Assembly: GCA_013360285.1 (NCBI GenBank)
Contig: JABWCM010000002.1
Coordinates: 29,469 to 93,468 of the forward strand
DNA length: 64,000 nucleotides
Reading direction: 5' to 3'
From: Myxococcales bacterium
GTDB lineage: Bacteria > Myxococcota_A > UBA9042 > JABWCM01
Part shown: piece by piece, positions 29,728 to 40,463 of the stretch
How the letters are laid out: every line of letters begins with the position of its first letter
Numbering within the stretch: position 1 is the stretch's first letter
Made by a program: the position numbers and the translations under genes
Notes under the pieces: generated by a model
Database searches by the model: none
Told to the model about the DNA's origin: nothing
Seen by the model: only the letters and a program-made list of their open reading frames with translations

Positions 29728-31848
29728 ATGAGCCTTGATTTTTTGTTTCGGCCCCGTTCGATTGCAGTCATCGGCGCCTCGCGTACCGCCGGTTCCGTGG
29801 GGTCGATCTTGTTTCAGAACCTTCTTGTTTCGGGATTTAATGGTCCGGTTTATCCCGTTCATCCAACCGCATCCCACATCGGGTCGGTGGCGGCTTATCC
29901 GTCGGTTTCGGCGATCACCGGAGATGTCGACCTTGCGGTAATCGTTGTACCGTCCCGCCACGTATTACAAGCCGCACGGTCTTGTGGTGAAAAAGGTGTC
30001 AAGGCGCTGATCGTTATTTCTGCGGGATTTGGTGAACTTCAGGGCGAAGGAAAACGCCGCGAAGCCGAACTGCTTACCATCGTTCGTCATTACGGCATGA
30101 GGATGGTCGGCCCCAATTGTTTGGGAATCATCAACACCGATCCCAACGTGGCGCTCAACGCAACCTTTGCTCCAACTTGGCCACCGCGCGGCCAAGTCGC
30201 TTTTTCCAGCCAAAGCGGCGCGTTGGGTGTGGCGATCATCGACAAAGCCACCGAGTTGGGGATCGGCATCTCGCAATTTGTGTCGGTGGGGAACAAAGCC
30301 GACATTACCGGGAACGACCTGCTGGAATACTGGGAAAATGCTTCGGATACGCAAGTAGTATTGCTCTATCTCGAGAGTTTCGGGGATTCAAAACGTTTTT
30401 CCGATATTTCCCGGAGAATGTCGCCCAACAAACCTATTGTGGCCGTGAAAAGTGGTCGAACTGCCGCCGGCGCAAGAGCGGCGACCTCCCACACCGGCTC
30501 ATTGGCCGGCGCCGAACGCGCGGTGGAAGCCCTGGTGCAACATACGGGCATGATCCGGGTAGATACCGTTGAAGAATTGTTTGATACCGCGATGTTGCTC
30601 GCCAACCAGCCCTTGCCCGGAGGCGCTCGTATCGGCATCGTGACCAATGCCGGCGGTCCAGGAATTCTGGCCACCGACGCCTGTGTGTCGCAGGGACTCG
30701 AGGTGCCGACGTTGTCGGCTGCCACCCAAAGCGCTCTTGCTTCTTTGTTGCCTCCCGAAGCCAGTGTTACCAACCCCGTCGACATGATCGCGGTCGCTGG
30801 TCCCGACACCATTGCTGCCTGCCTACGGTTGGTATTGCAAGATCCCAACATCGATGCCGCCATCGCTTTATATGTACCGCCCGGTCTTGCCGACACTGAA
30901 CGAGTTGCCAAAAACATTGTCCAGGTCTCTGATGAATTTGAGTCCAAACCCGTGCTGAGCTGTTTTATGGGCGCCCACGGTGTACCGGAGGCACTTCGTT
31001 CACTTAAGCTCGGCCATGTGCCGAGTTATGCCTTTCCCGAGGCCGGTGCGCGGGCGTTGGCCCGTGTGGTCCGGTACGCACGATTTCGCGAAGAAGTAAA
31101 AAGCCCCATCGCTCGACCCGACCGTGCCTCTTCCATTGATGCCCCTCGCGCTGCTGCTGCGTTTGAAGCAACCCCTGCCGGAGAATGGTTGTCGCCGGAC
31201 GCGGTTGCCGTTGTACTGAAAGCATACGGAATTCATCAGGCGCCCACGATGACAGCACACACCGCTTCTCAGGCCGCGCAATACGCAAACCAGCTAGGAT
31301 TTCCTGTGGTTTGTAAAGCCCTGGCACAAAATTTGGTACATAAAACCGATGAGCGTGGTGTGATGCTCGGCTTACGCAGCACGGCTGATGTGGAAGCTGT
31401 TGTAGACGACTTTTCGGCCCGGTTCGGCAGTCGACTCACTGGGGTTTCGATTCAACAGATGGTACACAGCGATATCGAGGTGTTGGTGGGTACTACCGTC
31501 GACCCGGAGGTCGGAACGATGGTGGTTTTGGGGCTTGGGGGTATCTTGGTGGAATTGCTCAATGATGTCGTGGTGCGGTTGCACCCGCTGACCGAGTGGG
31601 ACGTTGCCGAAATGCCAAAAAACCTTCGAGGTGCCAAACTCTTCTCTGGATATCGCGGAAGTCCCCCGGGAGACATGGAAGCACTAAGCGATGTATTACG
31701 CCGCATCAACCAATTGGTAGCCGACCAACCGCTCTGCGGGGAATTGGATCTCAACCCAATCAAGGTGTTGCCGCCCGGCAAGGGGGTTGTTGTTGTCGAT
31801 GCCCGCATCCGGCGGCACACCGGTAAATCTGCTCCACTGGATGGATGA
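29728..31848 (+). CDS. ADP-forming acetyl/acyl-CoA synthetase (fused alpha-beta, NDP-forming family)
   Basis: The protein begins MSLDFLFRPRSIAVIGASR (CoA-binding domain), with VGPNCLGI and the phosphohistidine-loop-like SHTGSLAG, followed by a C-terminal ATP-grasp domain. Confidence 0.82.
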   Translation: MSLDFLFRPRSIAVIGASRTAGSVGSILFQNLLVSGFNGPVYPVHPTASHIGSVAAYPSVSAITGDVDLAVIVVPSRHVLQAARSCGEKGVKALIVISAGFGELQGEGKRREAELLTIVRHYGMRMVGPNCLGIINTDPNVALNATFAPTWPPRGQVAFSSQSGALGVAIIDKATELGIGISQFVSVGNKADITGNDLLEYWENASDTQVVLLYLESFGDSKRFSDISRRMSPNKPIVAVKSGRTAAGARAATSHTGSLAGAERAVEALVQHTGMIRVDTVEELFDTAMLLANQPLPGGARIGIVTNAGGPGILATDACVSQGLEVPTLSAATQSALASLLPPEASVTNPVDMIAVAGPDTIAACLRLVLQDPNIDAAIALYVPPGLADTERVAKNIVQVSDEFESKPVLSCFMGAHGVPEALRSLKLGHVPSYAFPEAGARALARVVRYARFREEVKSPIARPDRASSIDAPRAAAAFEATPAGEWLSPDAVAVVLKAYGIHQAPTMTAHTASQAAQYANQLGFPVVCKALAQNLVHKTDERGVMLGLRSTADVEAVVDDFSARFGSRLTGVSIQQMVHSDIEVLVGTTVDPEVGTMVVLGLGGILVELLNDVVVRLHPLTEWDVAEMPKNLRGAKLFSGYRGSPPGDMEALSDVLRRINQLVADQPLCGELDLNPIKVLPPGKGVVVVDARIRRHTGKSAPLDG

Positions 31849-31974
31849 TGAAGGCACCAGGGGAAAGCCGACTCGACCCGAATAACGACATACACTACAA
31901 ACGATTCAGGACTTGCAGCATGGCACTATGTTTGCAAGACTGGGGGCAGCGAGCTTATTTCGCAGGAGGAAAAC

Positions 31975-32922
31975 ATGTACCACTTTCGATTTTTCACTCT
32001 CAAATCCACTGTTATCTTACTCGGTTTGATCGCGTTTGGCGCGTTTGCGCCCATAGCCTTTGCGACCAACGCTGCCGTGGTCGTTTCCGGCGGAGAATCG
32101 TCCGCCCGCGGTTATCAATTGTTGATCCAACAAGCGTTGTCGGAAAAAGGGATTCCGATTGTGGATCCCATCGAACTGCAGGGCGCACACCCGATTTCCG
32201 AAGACATCTTGCCGATTTTACAACGGGATTCGATCACGCGGCTGTTCACGCTGGAGATCACCCCTCTGGGTTCGCGTGATCTCGTGAGCCTCACCGAACG
32301 ATCCGCAACCGATCTGAAACCCATTTATGCATCGAAAATGTCGATGGCCGGCGCTGATGAAGCCGAAGTGATTCTTCCTCGGCTGACCGACGCGGTTTTG
32401 GAACGAAAAAAGACCGAAGAAGTGGCTACGGTCGAAAATGTTGGTACCCAGGAAAGCCGCCCGTTGGAAAAACGTGCCGGAGAGTTTTATTGGGGGGGCG
32501 GGATAGCCGGCGCCATGACGATGGAAAAGTCCGTAAAAGGTTCCTACGGCGGCTTTTTGCGGGGAAGTTTTGAAACCGTCGACCTTCGGGTTGATTTGAC
32601 ACTCGGCGGGTACGGTTCGGAAGATATGGCGATGGGCGACTTTTCGATTGCCGCCTCGTATCTCTTCTTAAACCAAGACATTTCGCCGTTTTTGGGGGGC
32701 GGGCTCGGTTATCTTGTATATGGCGTTGCCAACAGCGAAGGCGACTTCCGCGACGGCAACGGCCTTGCGTTTACGTTGACCACCGGCGTTGAATTTTTGC
32801 GGCTGTATCCAACGCGGCTCATCGTGGAAGTGAAGTTTCTGTTGCCGACGTTTCAGGTTTCAGAGGCAGGAGAAAAAAATTACGCTCCGATTGGGATGTT
32901 TGCGTTTTCCTTCTTGTTTTAA
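31975..32922 (+). CDS. putative outer-membrane protein (N-terminal domain plus small C-terminal beta-barrel)
   Basis: A signal peptide ends in PIAFA-TN. The Gly-rich amphipathic strands in the C-terminal ~150 aa resemble those of the 233-997 protein. The C-terminus FAFSFLF ends in Phe. Confidence 0.5.
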   Translation: MYHFRFFTLKSTVILLGLIAFGAFAPIAFATNAAVVVSGGESSARGYQLLIQQALSEKGIPIVDPIELQGAHPISEDILPILQRDSITRLFTLEITPLGSRDLVSLTERSATDLKPIYASKMSMAGADEAEVILPRLTDAVLERKKTEEVATVENVGTQESRPLEKRAGEFYWGGGIAGAMTMEKSVKGSYGGFLRGSFETVDLRVDLTLGGYGSEDMAMGDFSIAASYLFLNQDISPFLGGGLGYLVYGVANSEGDFRDGNGLAFTLTTGVEFLRLYPTRLIVEVKFLLPTFQVSEAGEKNYAPIGMFAFSFLF

Positions 32923-32943
32923 TCCGTTTTGTGAAACCGGTGG

Positions 32944-34476
32944 TCAGCGATCCTGCCAGACCCTCTCCATCCATTGTTCCACTTCGTCCGCCGACGTTGG
33001 GATGTTCGCCGACAGATTTCGGTACCCAGATTCCGTCACCAGCACGTCGTCTTCGATCCGAATTCCGATGCCGCGATAGGCTTCCGGCACGGTCAGATCG
33101 TCTTTCTGAAAATACAAACCCGGCTCCACGGTCAACACCATTCCGGATTTTAGTTTCCCAAACTTGTAGTTTTCTTGGCGTGCTTTGGCGCAATCGTGAA
33201 CATCCAACCCCAGCATGTGGCTGACGTTGTGTAATGAATACCGCCGCTGAAACTGATGTTCCTCTTTGAGCGCTTCGTCGGGCGTTGTTTTCAAAATTCC
33301 CAACTCGTAAAGCCCCTCGGCCAACACCCTTTGGGCGACACGATTGGGTTCCATGAAGTCGGTTTCCGGCCGTACGGCAGCCAACCCTGCCCGTTGTGCT
33401 TTGTACACCAGGTCGTAAATCGTACGTTGGGTTTCGCTAAACTTACCGGAAATGGGCAGAGTCCGAGTGATGTCGGCGGTGTAAAGTGAGTGGGCTTCGA
33501 CCCCCGCGTCCAACAACAGCAGGTCACCTCTCTGTAACTTACCGTCATTTTGTACCCAATGCAGCACACACGCGTGGTGGCCGCTCGCAGCGATGGTGCC
33601 GTACCCTACGTCGTTTCCTTCAACCCGCGCCCGTAAGTTAAACACCCCCTCCACCTCTCGTTCGCTGTGAGCGATGGCCAATCGTTTGATCACGTCCTCA
33701 AAACCGCGATGGGTGGACTCAATTGCTGACTGCAACTCTTCGATTTCAATCTCTTCTTTGATAAGCCGCGTCTCCGACAAAAACGTGGCCAACTCCCCAT
33801 CGGCTTCTCTCACGGCAAAAGTAGTATCCAGTTTTTCGTCAAACCCACGCAAAAGCCGCACGCTTAGTTGGGGGTCGGATTGCAGTTTTTCTACAAATCC
33901 GTCGATATCCCGCAGAGATGCACACTGGTTTACGCCAAAATACCACTGGCTTTTTGTCACCCCAAGCCGGGGTCCCGCCCACAATTCACCTTTGGCCCGG
34001 TCGGTAAAAAACGTTGCGTCGGTGCGATTTGACGGCTCAACCCACAGGATTTCCTCGTGGCCGCCGTCCTGGTTGGGTATCAACATCAATACGCAGTCGG
34101 GCTCTGTGTTGCCGGTAAGATAATAAAAGTCGCTTGCGGGGCGAAACCGAAAATGGGTGTCGTTGGAGCGAACTTTTTCGTGCCCAGTCGGAATGATGAT
34201 GACCTCACCTGGATACTGCGCCGACAACTTTTTACGCCGCGCCCTAAACGCTTCCACGTGTCGGATAGGCGGGCCGGCCTCATCGGATCGCTCCGCCCAG
34301 CCTTGCAACATAAACTCCACCAGCGCCGGTGGCGTGTTGGGGTCGTGACTTGCTGCGAGAGGTGTGGGCTGAGCATCGGTCGGTTCCAATTCCACGGTCG
34401 GGGTGTTGTCGTTTTCTTTTAAATACGTCATCGTCTCCTCATCATGACCTACAACGGTGAGCACTTCCTCCGGCAT
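32944..34476 (-). CDS. Xaa-Pro aminopeptidase (M24B, PepP-like)
   Basis: Metal-ligand blocks LLLLDAGVE...YTADITRT, SHMLGLDVHD, VLTVEPGLY and GIRIEDDVLVT are present, along with the N-terminal aminopeptidase P domain. Confidence 0.88.
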   Translation of the reverse strand: MPEEVLTVVGHDEETMTYLKENDNTPTVELEPTDAQPTPLAASHDPNTPPALVEFMLQGWAERSDEAGPPIRHVEAFRARRKKLSAQYPGEVIIIPTGHEKVRSNDTHFRFRPASDFYYLTGNTEPDCVLMLIPNQDGGHEEILWVEPSNRTDATFFTDRAKGELWAGPRLGVTKSQWYFGVNQCASLRDIDGFVEKLQSDPQLSVRLLRGFDEKLDTTFAVREADGELATFLSETRLIKEEIEIEELQSAIESTHRGFEDVIKRLAIAHSEREVEGVFNLRARVEGNDVGYGTIAASGHHACVLHWVQNDGKLQRGDLLLLDAGVEAHSLYTADITRTLPISGKFSETQRTIYDLVYKAQRAGLAAVRPETDFMEPNRVAQRVLAEGLYELGILKTTPDEALKEEHQFQRRYSLHNVSHMLGLDVHDCAKARQENYKFGKLKSGMVLTVEPGLYFQKDDLTVPEAYRGIGIRIEDDVLVTESGYRNLSANIPTSADEVEQWMERVWQDR

Positions 34477-34543
34477 CGGTCTCCGGACGAAACCAACCTA
34501 ACCCAAGACGGCTTCTGCTACAAGGAAAGTTGTTGTGTCGGGG

Positions 34544-36739
34544 TCAATCGGGGTTGCATCCGTTTCCTCCACATACGTCGATGATGGTGCCGGTTCGCAG
34601 GAACGTGACCAGTTGTTCGTTGTGATGGTCCTGCTTTCGAGGTAACTCATGCGGGTCTCCGAGATCGTCATTCGGCGCAAAATTTCCGGGTTTGGGCCAT
34701 GGATTACCAAAATTATAATTCACAAGCCCCGAACCGGTGTGTGGATACGCCACTTCATTGACCAGCGGAACATTTCGCCCATAATTGTCCATCAAAACAA
34801 TGCCGATATCTGACCGCGCCGTGACTTCATTGGTGATGTTGGCCACCTGCCAGTCACCTTGGGCTTGGGCTATCAGCACGGTATGCGATGGCGTGTCGGG
34901 AAATGGGTCGGCGACGATATGCGGATAATAACTTACCGGATCGGTCATTTGCCACAACGTGTGCACCAACTCCAACAGCACCGCGTGATCCGCCGGCTCA
35001 GCATAAAAGACCGAAATTCCAAGGAAATACACGCCGAAGTTTGCTGACCGCAGCATCAGCGTGTTGTAGTTCTGCCCCGGCACACCCAAATGGCCACGTA
35101 GGGCGTCTTGCGACAGCGCCATATAGGTCGCGCCATAAATGCCGCCCTGGGAAATACCCGAATACACCAGGTTTTCTGTGTTGATAGTCAGGTTTAAGGC
35201 GGAAATTTCCGGCATTGTTGCAAACCGCCGCAAAAATGCCCGCCCCAACAACAGTTGTTCGATCATTCCTTGGTGTTGTCGGTCAAAAAACCAGGGGATT
35301 CGGCTTAAATCCTGCAATGCGACCGCGACCGCTGGAACATCTTCTTCAGAAAACCCCGTCATATTGCACCCAAAATAAATATAACCGTATTGATGGGCGA
35401 TTTTCCGATTCTGGCTTGCCCAGACTTCTGCTGCCGATCCGAACATGCCATGGCCGTACTGCATGAGTTCCAACGGCGGGGCAAACTCGGTTGTGTGCGG
35501 AATGTGAGCGTAAAACGTGGGGTTACGATATCCGTCGGCAATCGGCAGATTGTCTGGCCCCAGCCGCAGCGGATATCCGGTCGCGCCGAGGGCTTCTTTG
35601 GGCTCGGTATAATCGGGCACTTTGAATGTGCCTTTGATTTTGAACCGCACGTGTTCATCTACGGGCAGGTTGGACCCATTGTCCGACGGGGCAAACTCTT
35701 CGATGCCGGTAATGGTGAGTTCCGGCCCGTCCTCACCAACCCACTCCAGCGCGTTTTTGCGCATAAACAACATCGGCCCGAAGATCGTGTCCGCGCTTGC
35801 GGTGGTGAAATCCCAGGCCAACGTGAGCGATCCCTTGTCGATTCCGCTTTTCTGCAACAAAGAAAAAACGTCGTCAAACCGCGCTTGACGGGACGCCAAC
35901 CGCGGAGCGTTTGCGGTGTCTCCGGCCACAAGTTGGGCAAATGCTTCGCTTTTGGGTATAGGTGCTCCTCTCGTATCGACCAAATTCCGAAAAGCAACGA
36001 TGTATCGGGTGTTTTCTTTTAAGATAACGGCGGGTCGGACCCACAAAATCCGTTTGTCATAATCGGGGTTGAGCTGGTCCAACTCCACCCAGTACGGTAC
36101 ACGGGTCAACGTGCCGTTTTCTGAGGAATAAAACAAAACCCGAGCGTCTTCGGCCAACGACTGGTCGATGGCCAACTCTCCGGCAAACTGGCTGACGTCG
36201 ATGTTCGGAAACGTAACCGCAATCGATGTGCCGATGCTGTATCCGTCCAGTCGGCGGTAAGGAGTGGGGTCGACATGGACACCTTCGTTGTTTTTGGGCA
36301 GCGTGGTTGCTCCGAAAGACAACGTAAATCCTGTGGTACGTTGAGGGTCATCGGTAAGATAAAGATTGGAGGGCCATGGCAGAGCACATACCGACGGCAC
36401 CAACGGATCACAATCCGGGTTGTCCGCGGGACTTCTTGCGGTGTCCTCCCCGTCGGTTGGAGCGGTGTCTTGAATGATGTCGGTGTGGACTTGGCCATCC
36501 GGAGATCCGGCAAGGTCGCTCATGGTCACAGCGGTGTCCAAATCGGCGATTGTATCCAGGACGGCTATGTCCATATCGACGGTGGTTTGGCTATCGGTTG
36601 CCGACGTATCTGCATCCGCAGCCGCCGTGTCTGCCGCCGTGTCCGGCTCTTCTTCGTCATGGCAGGACGTGGCCAACATACCCCAGCCAATCAACACGAT
36701 TCCAAAGAAAACCGACCGATTCGTTATGTTTTCGCCCAT
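34544..36739 (-). CDS. secreted lipoprotein, putative alpha/beta-fold serine hydrolase
   Basis: The likely start is codon 20 of the track ORF (MGENITNRSVFFGIVLIGWGMLATSC, with lipobox). An acidic linker follows. A GxSxG nucleophile elbow is present in YSGISQGGIYG. The function is otherwise unknown. Confidence 0.5.
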   Translation of the reverse strand: MGENITNRSVFFGIVLIGWGMLATSCHDEEEPDTAADTAAADADTSATDSQTTVDMDIAVLDTIADLDTAVTMSDLAGSPDGQVHTDIIQDTAPTDGEDTARSPADNPDCDPLVPSVCALPWPSNLYLTDDPQRTTGFTLSFGATTLPKNNEGVHVDPTPYRRLDGYSIGTSIAVTFPNIDVSQFAGELAIDQSLAEDARVLFYSSENGTLTRVPYWVELDQLNPDYDKRILWVRPAVILKENTRYIVAFRNLVDTRGAPIPKSEAFAQLVAGDTANAPRLASRQARFDDVFSLLQKSGIDKGSLTLAWDFTTASADTIFGPMLFMRKNALEWVGEDGPELTITGIEEFAPSDNGSNLPVDEHVRFKIKGTFKVPDYTEPKEALGATGYPLRLGPDNLPIADGYRNPTFYAHIPHTTEFAPPLELMQYGHGMFGSAAEVWASQNRKIAHQYGYIYFGCNMTGFSEEDVPAVAVALQDLSRIPWFFDRQHQGMIEQLLLGRAFLRRFATMPEISALNLTINTENLVYSGISQGGIYGATYMALSQDALRGHLGVPGQNYNTLMLRSANFGVYFLGISVFYAEPADHAVLLELVHTLWQMTDPVSYYPHIVADPFPDTPSHTVLIAQAQGDWQVANITNEVTARSDIGIVLMDNYGRNVPLVNEVAYPHTGSGLVNYNFGNPWPKPGNFAPNDDLGDPHELPRKQDHHNEQLVTFLRTGTIIDVCGGNGCNPD

Positions 36740-36890
36740 ACACCACTCCGTTTTTTGTCCTCGCCTACCATAAACGGGAACACGGCGTTGTTGCAAGGCG
36801 GTGACGTCGTTTCACTTCGGCAACGTAATGCGTGCCTTTTGGCGCAAAGCACAGTAAGTTATTCGCGCAACGATAATTACGAGGTGTGTC

Positions 36891-39800
36891 ATGTTGGGTA
36901 GCGGCAAACGAAAAAGTTCAAAACAATGGATACAGATACTGGGACTCGGTTGGATGACCATGTTGGGCGGAGCGGCCTGCGCCGGCGACGATTCGGAGCC
37001 ATCAACGGCAAACGACACCCACCAGGGTCACTTTGATACCGGGTCAGACAGTTCGATGGTTGCAGACGGCGTTTCCGATACCGCACCCATTGGGGACGTT
37101 CCTTTAGAAGATACCGGCGACGTCGTGGTAGACCCCGCCACGGCCGCCTGTCAAAACCGCTGCTCGGTGGCCGAAGGATGTCCGGATGTGGATTTGTCTC
37201 GATGTGTGCAGATCTGCCTGAACGCCCCGGTCGACGCGTGCGAAAACCAATGTCTGGACATGGCGTTGGATTGCGACGCGTTGGCGCTGTGTCTCGGCGC
37301 CCAGCCCGTGGTAAGCCCCTTCGAAGTCGCCCAGTATACTGTTAAGATAAGGGGTCTTGCGGGTCATTTTATTGCGCGTACAACCCGGGGACAATATTCC
37401 TTAAAAGACCGATGGACCGGGAGAGACAGCCTGTTCTTTTTGACTATGGCAGACGGATACGCTTATCCGGAAAGCCTTTGGGCCTCCAATTTTTCCTTTT
37501 TCCTGCTCGAAGCTCCGAAAAATGTGCAGCTTTTTTTTATGGATGTTGCGGGTTCTTCCCCCGATTTGGACGCCATGCAGGAAAAGATCGACAAGTCGTT
37601 ATCTAAACTTGATTTTGCCGAACAATGCCATTGGCGCCGGCAGATTCATTTTGTGACACAGCCTCCCGGTCAAATCACCGGCTGGCTTGGTGAGTTTATG
37701 CAGGCCGTTGGTTATTTTGGGTTTGCCGTAGATCGTCAACAACGAACCCGCATTTTGGGGATGTTGCAGCCGCCGCAGAGCAACGGCGCGCTTCAGTTGT
37801 CTTATCTTGCCAATGAAGCTGTTTATTTTAATTTTGAACGGGACCGCGAGCAAGCGCTGGCCGAAGTAGAATCAACCGAAGTCGTGATGTTTGACAACAA
37901 ACACGTGGGCACAGAAACCATCGACGTCGAATTTCCGTCTGCACAACAAATGGCCGCCTATGACACGATGCTCATCGATTTTTCCGCGTTTTGTCCCGAA
38001 CATTTGGATCAAAATTGTGGTGAATGGGATTATTTGTCGTACATGTTTATGTGTGAACGCCCCGTTGAAGACAATCCATGGAAAACAACAACCTGCCAAC
38101 CCAAGGTGGAGGCGGCACCGGAGTGGCTTGCCGAATCGGGGATCTGCGCCGGCACACCGAACTTTGCCGCGGTGCCGGAGACGTTGGGAAGTTGTGCCGA
38201 CCTGGGTGGGGAATGCCGTACCGATCGGGATTGTGCCGAGGATGTGATTGCCGAGCGGATGGCTGTCAAGTCGTTGAACCCTTATGCGTGGTTTGAGTTT
38301 GAAACCCCGGGTCCCGCCGGCTGGATCGACAATGCCGGCGTTCGAGTAGCGGAAAACCACGGAGCGTTTATCGACGTGTTGCCCGACGACGGGGGGGTGG
38401 TGGGTTTGAATGGTCAAGACGTGGTGACGGCTGATGCCGTCTTTTCCGAATGGACGGCCAAGGCGTTTTCCATCGGCGTGTGGTTTGAGCCGGCGATGAC
38501 GACAACTTCCGGTGTGGTGTGGGCAATTGCGGACCGGAAACATCAACCGATTGTTGCGTTGCAACGGGATCCGGATGGTGGTTTGTTGTGGGTAGACGGT
38601 GTGACCGGAACAAAAACGCCGGTAGGAGTAACGGTTCCGGACCACGCATGGGCACTGATTGTGGGCGTCTTCGATGGGACGACTTTCAAGTTGTACGTCG
38701 ACGGGGCAAAAAAAGGGGAGTGGCCGTTGGTGTGGACTCCGAGTCCGTGGGATCGGTTGGCACTGGGAGGGAAATGGAACGGAACGAATGGCGGAGACTT
38801 TTTGCGTGGGTTTCTGGATGACCTCGTGGTATTCGATCGGGTGATCACGGAAGCGGAGATTCAAACCTGGGTGGACGCCTCCGATGCCGTGGGTGACGTT
38901 TCGGGCGCTGTTTGTATGGGCTATGTGGCGCCGGTGTTGGCGCCGGGGTTGTGCACCACGGTGGAGGATTGTGTCGGCTATACGCCGGCGGAAGGGCAGC
39001 AGCCGGCATGTGTGGGCGCGGTGGCGCAAAAAGATGGGGTTGTGGGGATTGCTGCGGATACCAAACCTTGTCAATGTGAACTTCCGGAAGGAGGGCTCAC
39101 CGAAGCGGGGAAACGGCAATATACGTGTGTACAAACCAACGCGGGTGTGCCGGGGGTGTGCCGGGGAACCGAGATACCGTGTCAATCCGATGGGGAATGT
39201 GGACAAGGCGAAAGTTGTGTGGGGGCGCTGCCACCCGAAACGGGGTATGCGGACTGCAACTGCCCCTGCGATCGGGAAATCGGTCGGTGGATTACGACAT
39301 ATGCACGCGAAGGAAGGTGGGTCAGCGATCATTCGCAATTTCTGCCGTGGTTTGCGACGGGGAACACAAAACGGATTCGGCTGAACTCCGGCAATGCGTA
39401 TGATGTGACGTTGAAGTTTTTGTTGCAGAATCGAAACAAAGACTCCGGGGCCGCGAAAGAATTGGTTTATTTATATGGGGGTGGGGGGTACAACGCGACG
39501 TACAACGACAAATACCAGCCGGTCGAAGTGGAGATTCCGGCGGATGCAAAAAAAGTGGAGTTGTTTGCTTATATTACCGGACATGGATTTGGTGTGGAAA
39601 AGGCCAATTGTGCCGAGTTTTGTAATCACACCCACCATTTTACGGTCAACGGCCGCACCTTTTCGCATGAAAACAGTTGGGCCAATGACCAGGCGGGATG
39701 CAAAAAACAAATCAAAGACGGCACGGTGCCCAATCAATACGGCACTTGGCCATACGGCCGAGGTGGTTGGTGCCCGGGTATGGATGTCAAACCGTTCGTG

Positions 39801-39959
39801 GCGGATGTGACCCATGCCGTGGAGCCGGGAAAAACCACAACAATAACCTACAAGTCGCTTTTTGAAGGTGAGCCTTACGTGCCGGAGCCCTGGGAAAGCC
39901 CGTTCGGCGGGTTCCCGGGGAATATCGTGATGAACTCGTGGCTGGTGGTGTATCGATAA
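36891..39959 (+). CDS. large secreted protein: PNGase F-like domains interrupted by a LamG/concanavalin-like domain and Cys-rich segments
   Basis: 1022 aa with a signal/lipobox-like LGGAAC. It carries CGEWDYLSYMFMCE, a LamG-like block (FDGTTFKLYVDGAKKGEW...FLDDLVVFDRVITEAEI), and a C-terminal ITGHGFG...NCAEFCNHTHHFTVNG...GTWPYGRGGWCPG pattern reminiscent of the PNGase F C-domain. Confidence 0.5.
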   Translation: MLGSGKRKSSKQWIQILGLGWMTMLGGAACAGDDSEPSTANDTHQGHFDTGSDSSMVADGVSDTAPIGDVPLEDTGDVVVDPATAACQNRCSVAEGCPDVDLSRCVQICLNAPVDACENQCLDMALDCDALALCLGAQPVVSPFEVAQYTVKIRGLAGHFIARTTRGQYSLKDRWTGRDSLFFLTMADGYAYPESLWASNFSFFLLEAPKNVQLFFMDVAGSSPDLDAMQEKIDKSLSKLDFAEQCHWRRQIHFVTQPPGQITGWLGEFMQAVGYFGFAVDRQQRTRILGMLQPPQSNGALQLSYLANEAVYFNFERDREQALAEVESTEVVMFDNKHVGTETIDVEFPSAQQMAAYDTMLIDFSAFCPEHLDQNCGEWDYLSYMFMCERPVEDNPWKTTTCQPKVEAAPEWLAESGICAGTPNFAAVPETLGSCADLGGECRTDRDCAEDVIAERMAVKSLNPYAWFEFETPGPAGWIDNAGVRVAENHGAFIDVLPDDGGVVGLNGQDVVTADAVFSEWTAKAFSIGVWFEPAMTTTSGVVWAIADRKHQPIVALQRDPDGGLLWVDGVTGTKTPVGVTVPDHAWALIVGVFDGTTFKLYVDGAKKGEWPLVWTPSPWDRLALGGKWNGTNGGDFLRGFLDDLVVFDRVITEAEIQTWVDASDAVGDVSGAVCMGYVAPVLAPGLCTTVEDCVGYTPAEGQQPACVGAVAQKDGVVGIAADTKPCQCELPEGGLTEAGKRQYTCVQTNAGVPGVCRGTEIPCQSDGECGQGESCVGALPPETGYADCNCPCDREIGRWITTYAREGRWVSDHSQFLPWFATGNTKRIRLNSGNAYDVTLKFLLQNRNKDSGAAKELVYLYGGGGYNATYNDKYQPVEVEIPADAKKVELFAYITGHGFGVEKANCAEFCNHTHHFTVNGRTFSHENSWANDQAGCKKQIKDGTVPNQYGTWPYGRGGWCPGMDVKPFVADVTHAVEPGKTTTITYKSLFEGEPYVPEPWESPFGGFPGNIVMNSWLVVYR

Positions 39960-39974
39960 CGACGGGGACAAACA

Positions 39975-40463
39975 GTGATGAGCCCATGGGTTGTGCCTGC
40001 ATCTATTATTATAGCGGGCGGATTAATTGGCGGTGGGTTGTATTTGGGTTTAGCGGCAATGGGGGAATCCCAGTCCGTTGTCCAGCCTCAGACATCCTGG
40101 ACGCTCAACGAACCTCCCGCGGCGCCGTCCGATGCGCCGCGGATGGAGGATCCGGTAGCGAAACAAGAAGCCGCCCGACAACAATTGGCGACGTTGGTCA
40201 ACAAAGCAGTAATGCAAAATAAAGTGGTCTGGACCAGACGCTGCGTCGAGCCGTTCACCGCACAGGGAACAGCGCCGCCCCTACCGTGGAAGGTCCGGTT
40301 AAGGGTAGCGACAAACCAAAACGGGGAGGTGGTGGCAAAAGGAATCCATGTGGATGTGGGGCCAAAGGATTTACAAAACTGTCTCGGGGATACGGATTTT
40401 CTAAACGCAGTGACCTTTCCCAAGGTAGCCGCCGGCGTTGAGGTACCCGTGGAGTTGCCTTAA
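39975..40463 (+). CDS. hypothetical membrane-anchored protein
   Basis: 162 aa with an N-terminal TM helix (VVPASIIIAGGLIGGGLYLGLAA). It starts 16 nt after the upstream stop. No recognisable family. Confidence 0.45.
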   Translation: MMSPWVVPASIIIAGGLIGGGLYLGLAAMGESQSVVQPQTSWTLNEPPAAPSDAPRMEDPVAKQEAARQQLATLVNKAVMQNKVVWTRRCVEPFTAQGTAPPLPWKVRLRVATNQNGEVVAKGIHVDVGPKDLQNCLGDTDFLNAVTFPKVAAGVEVPVELP

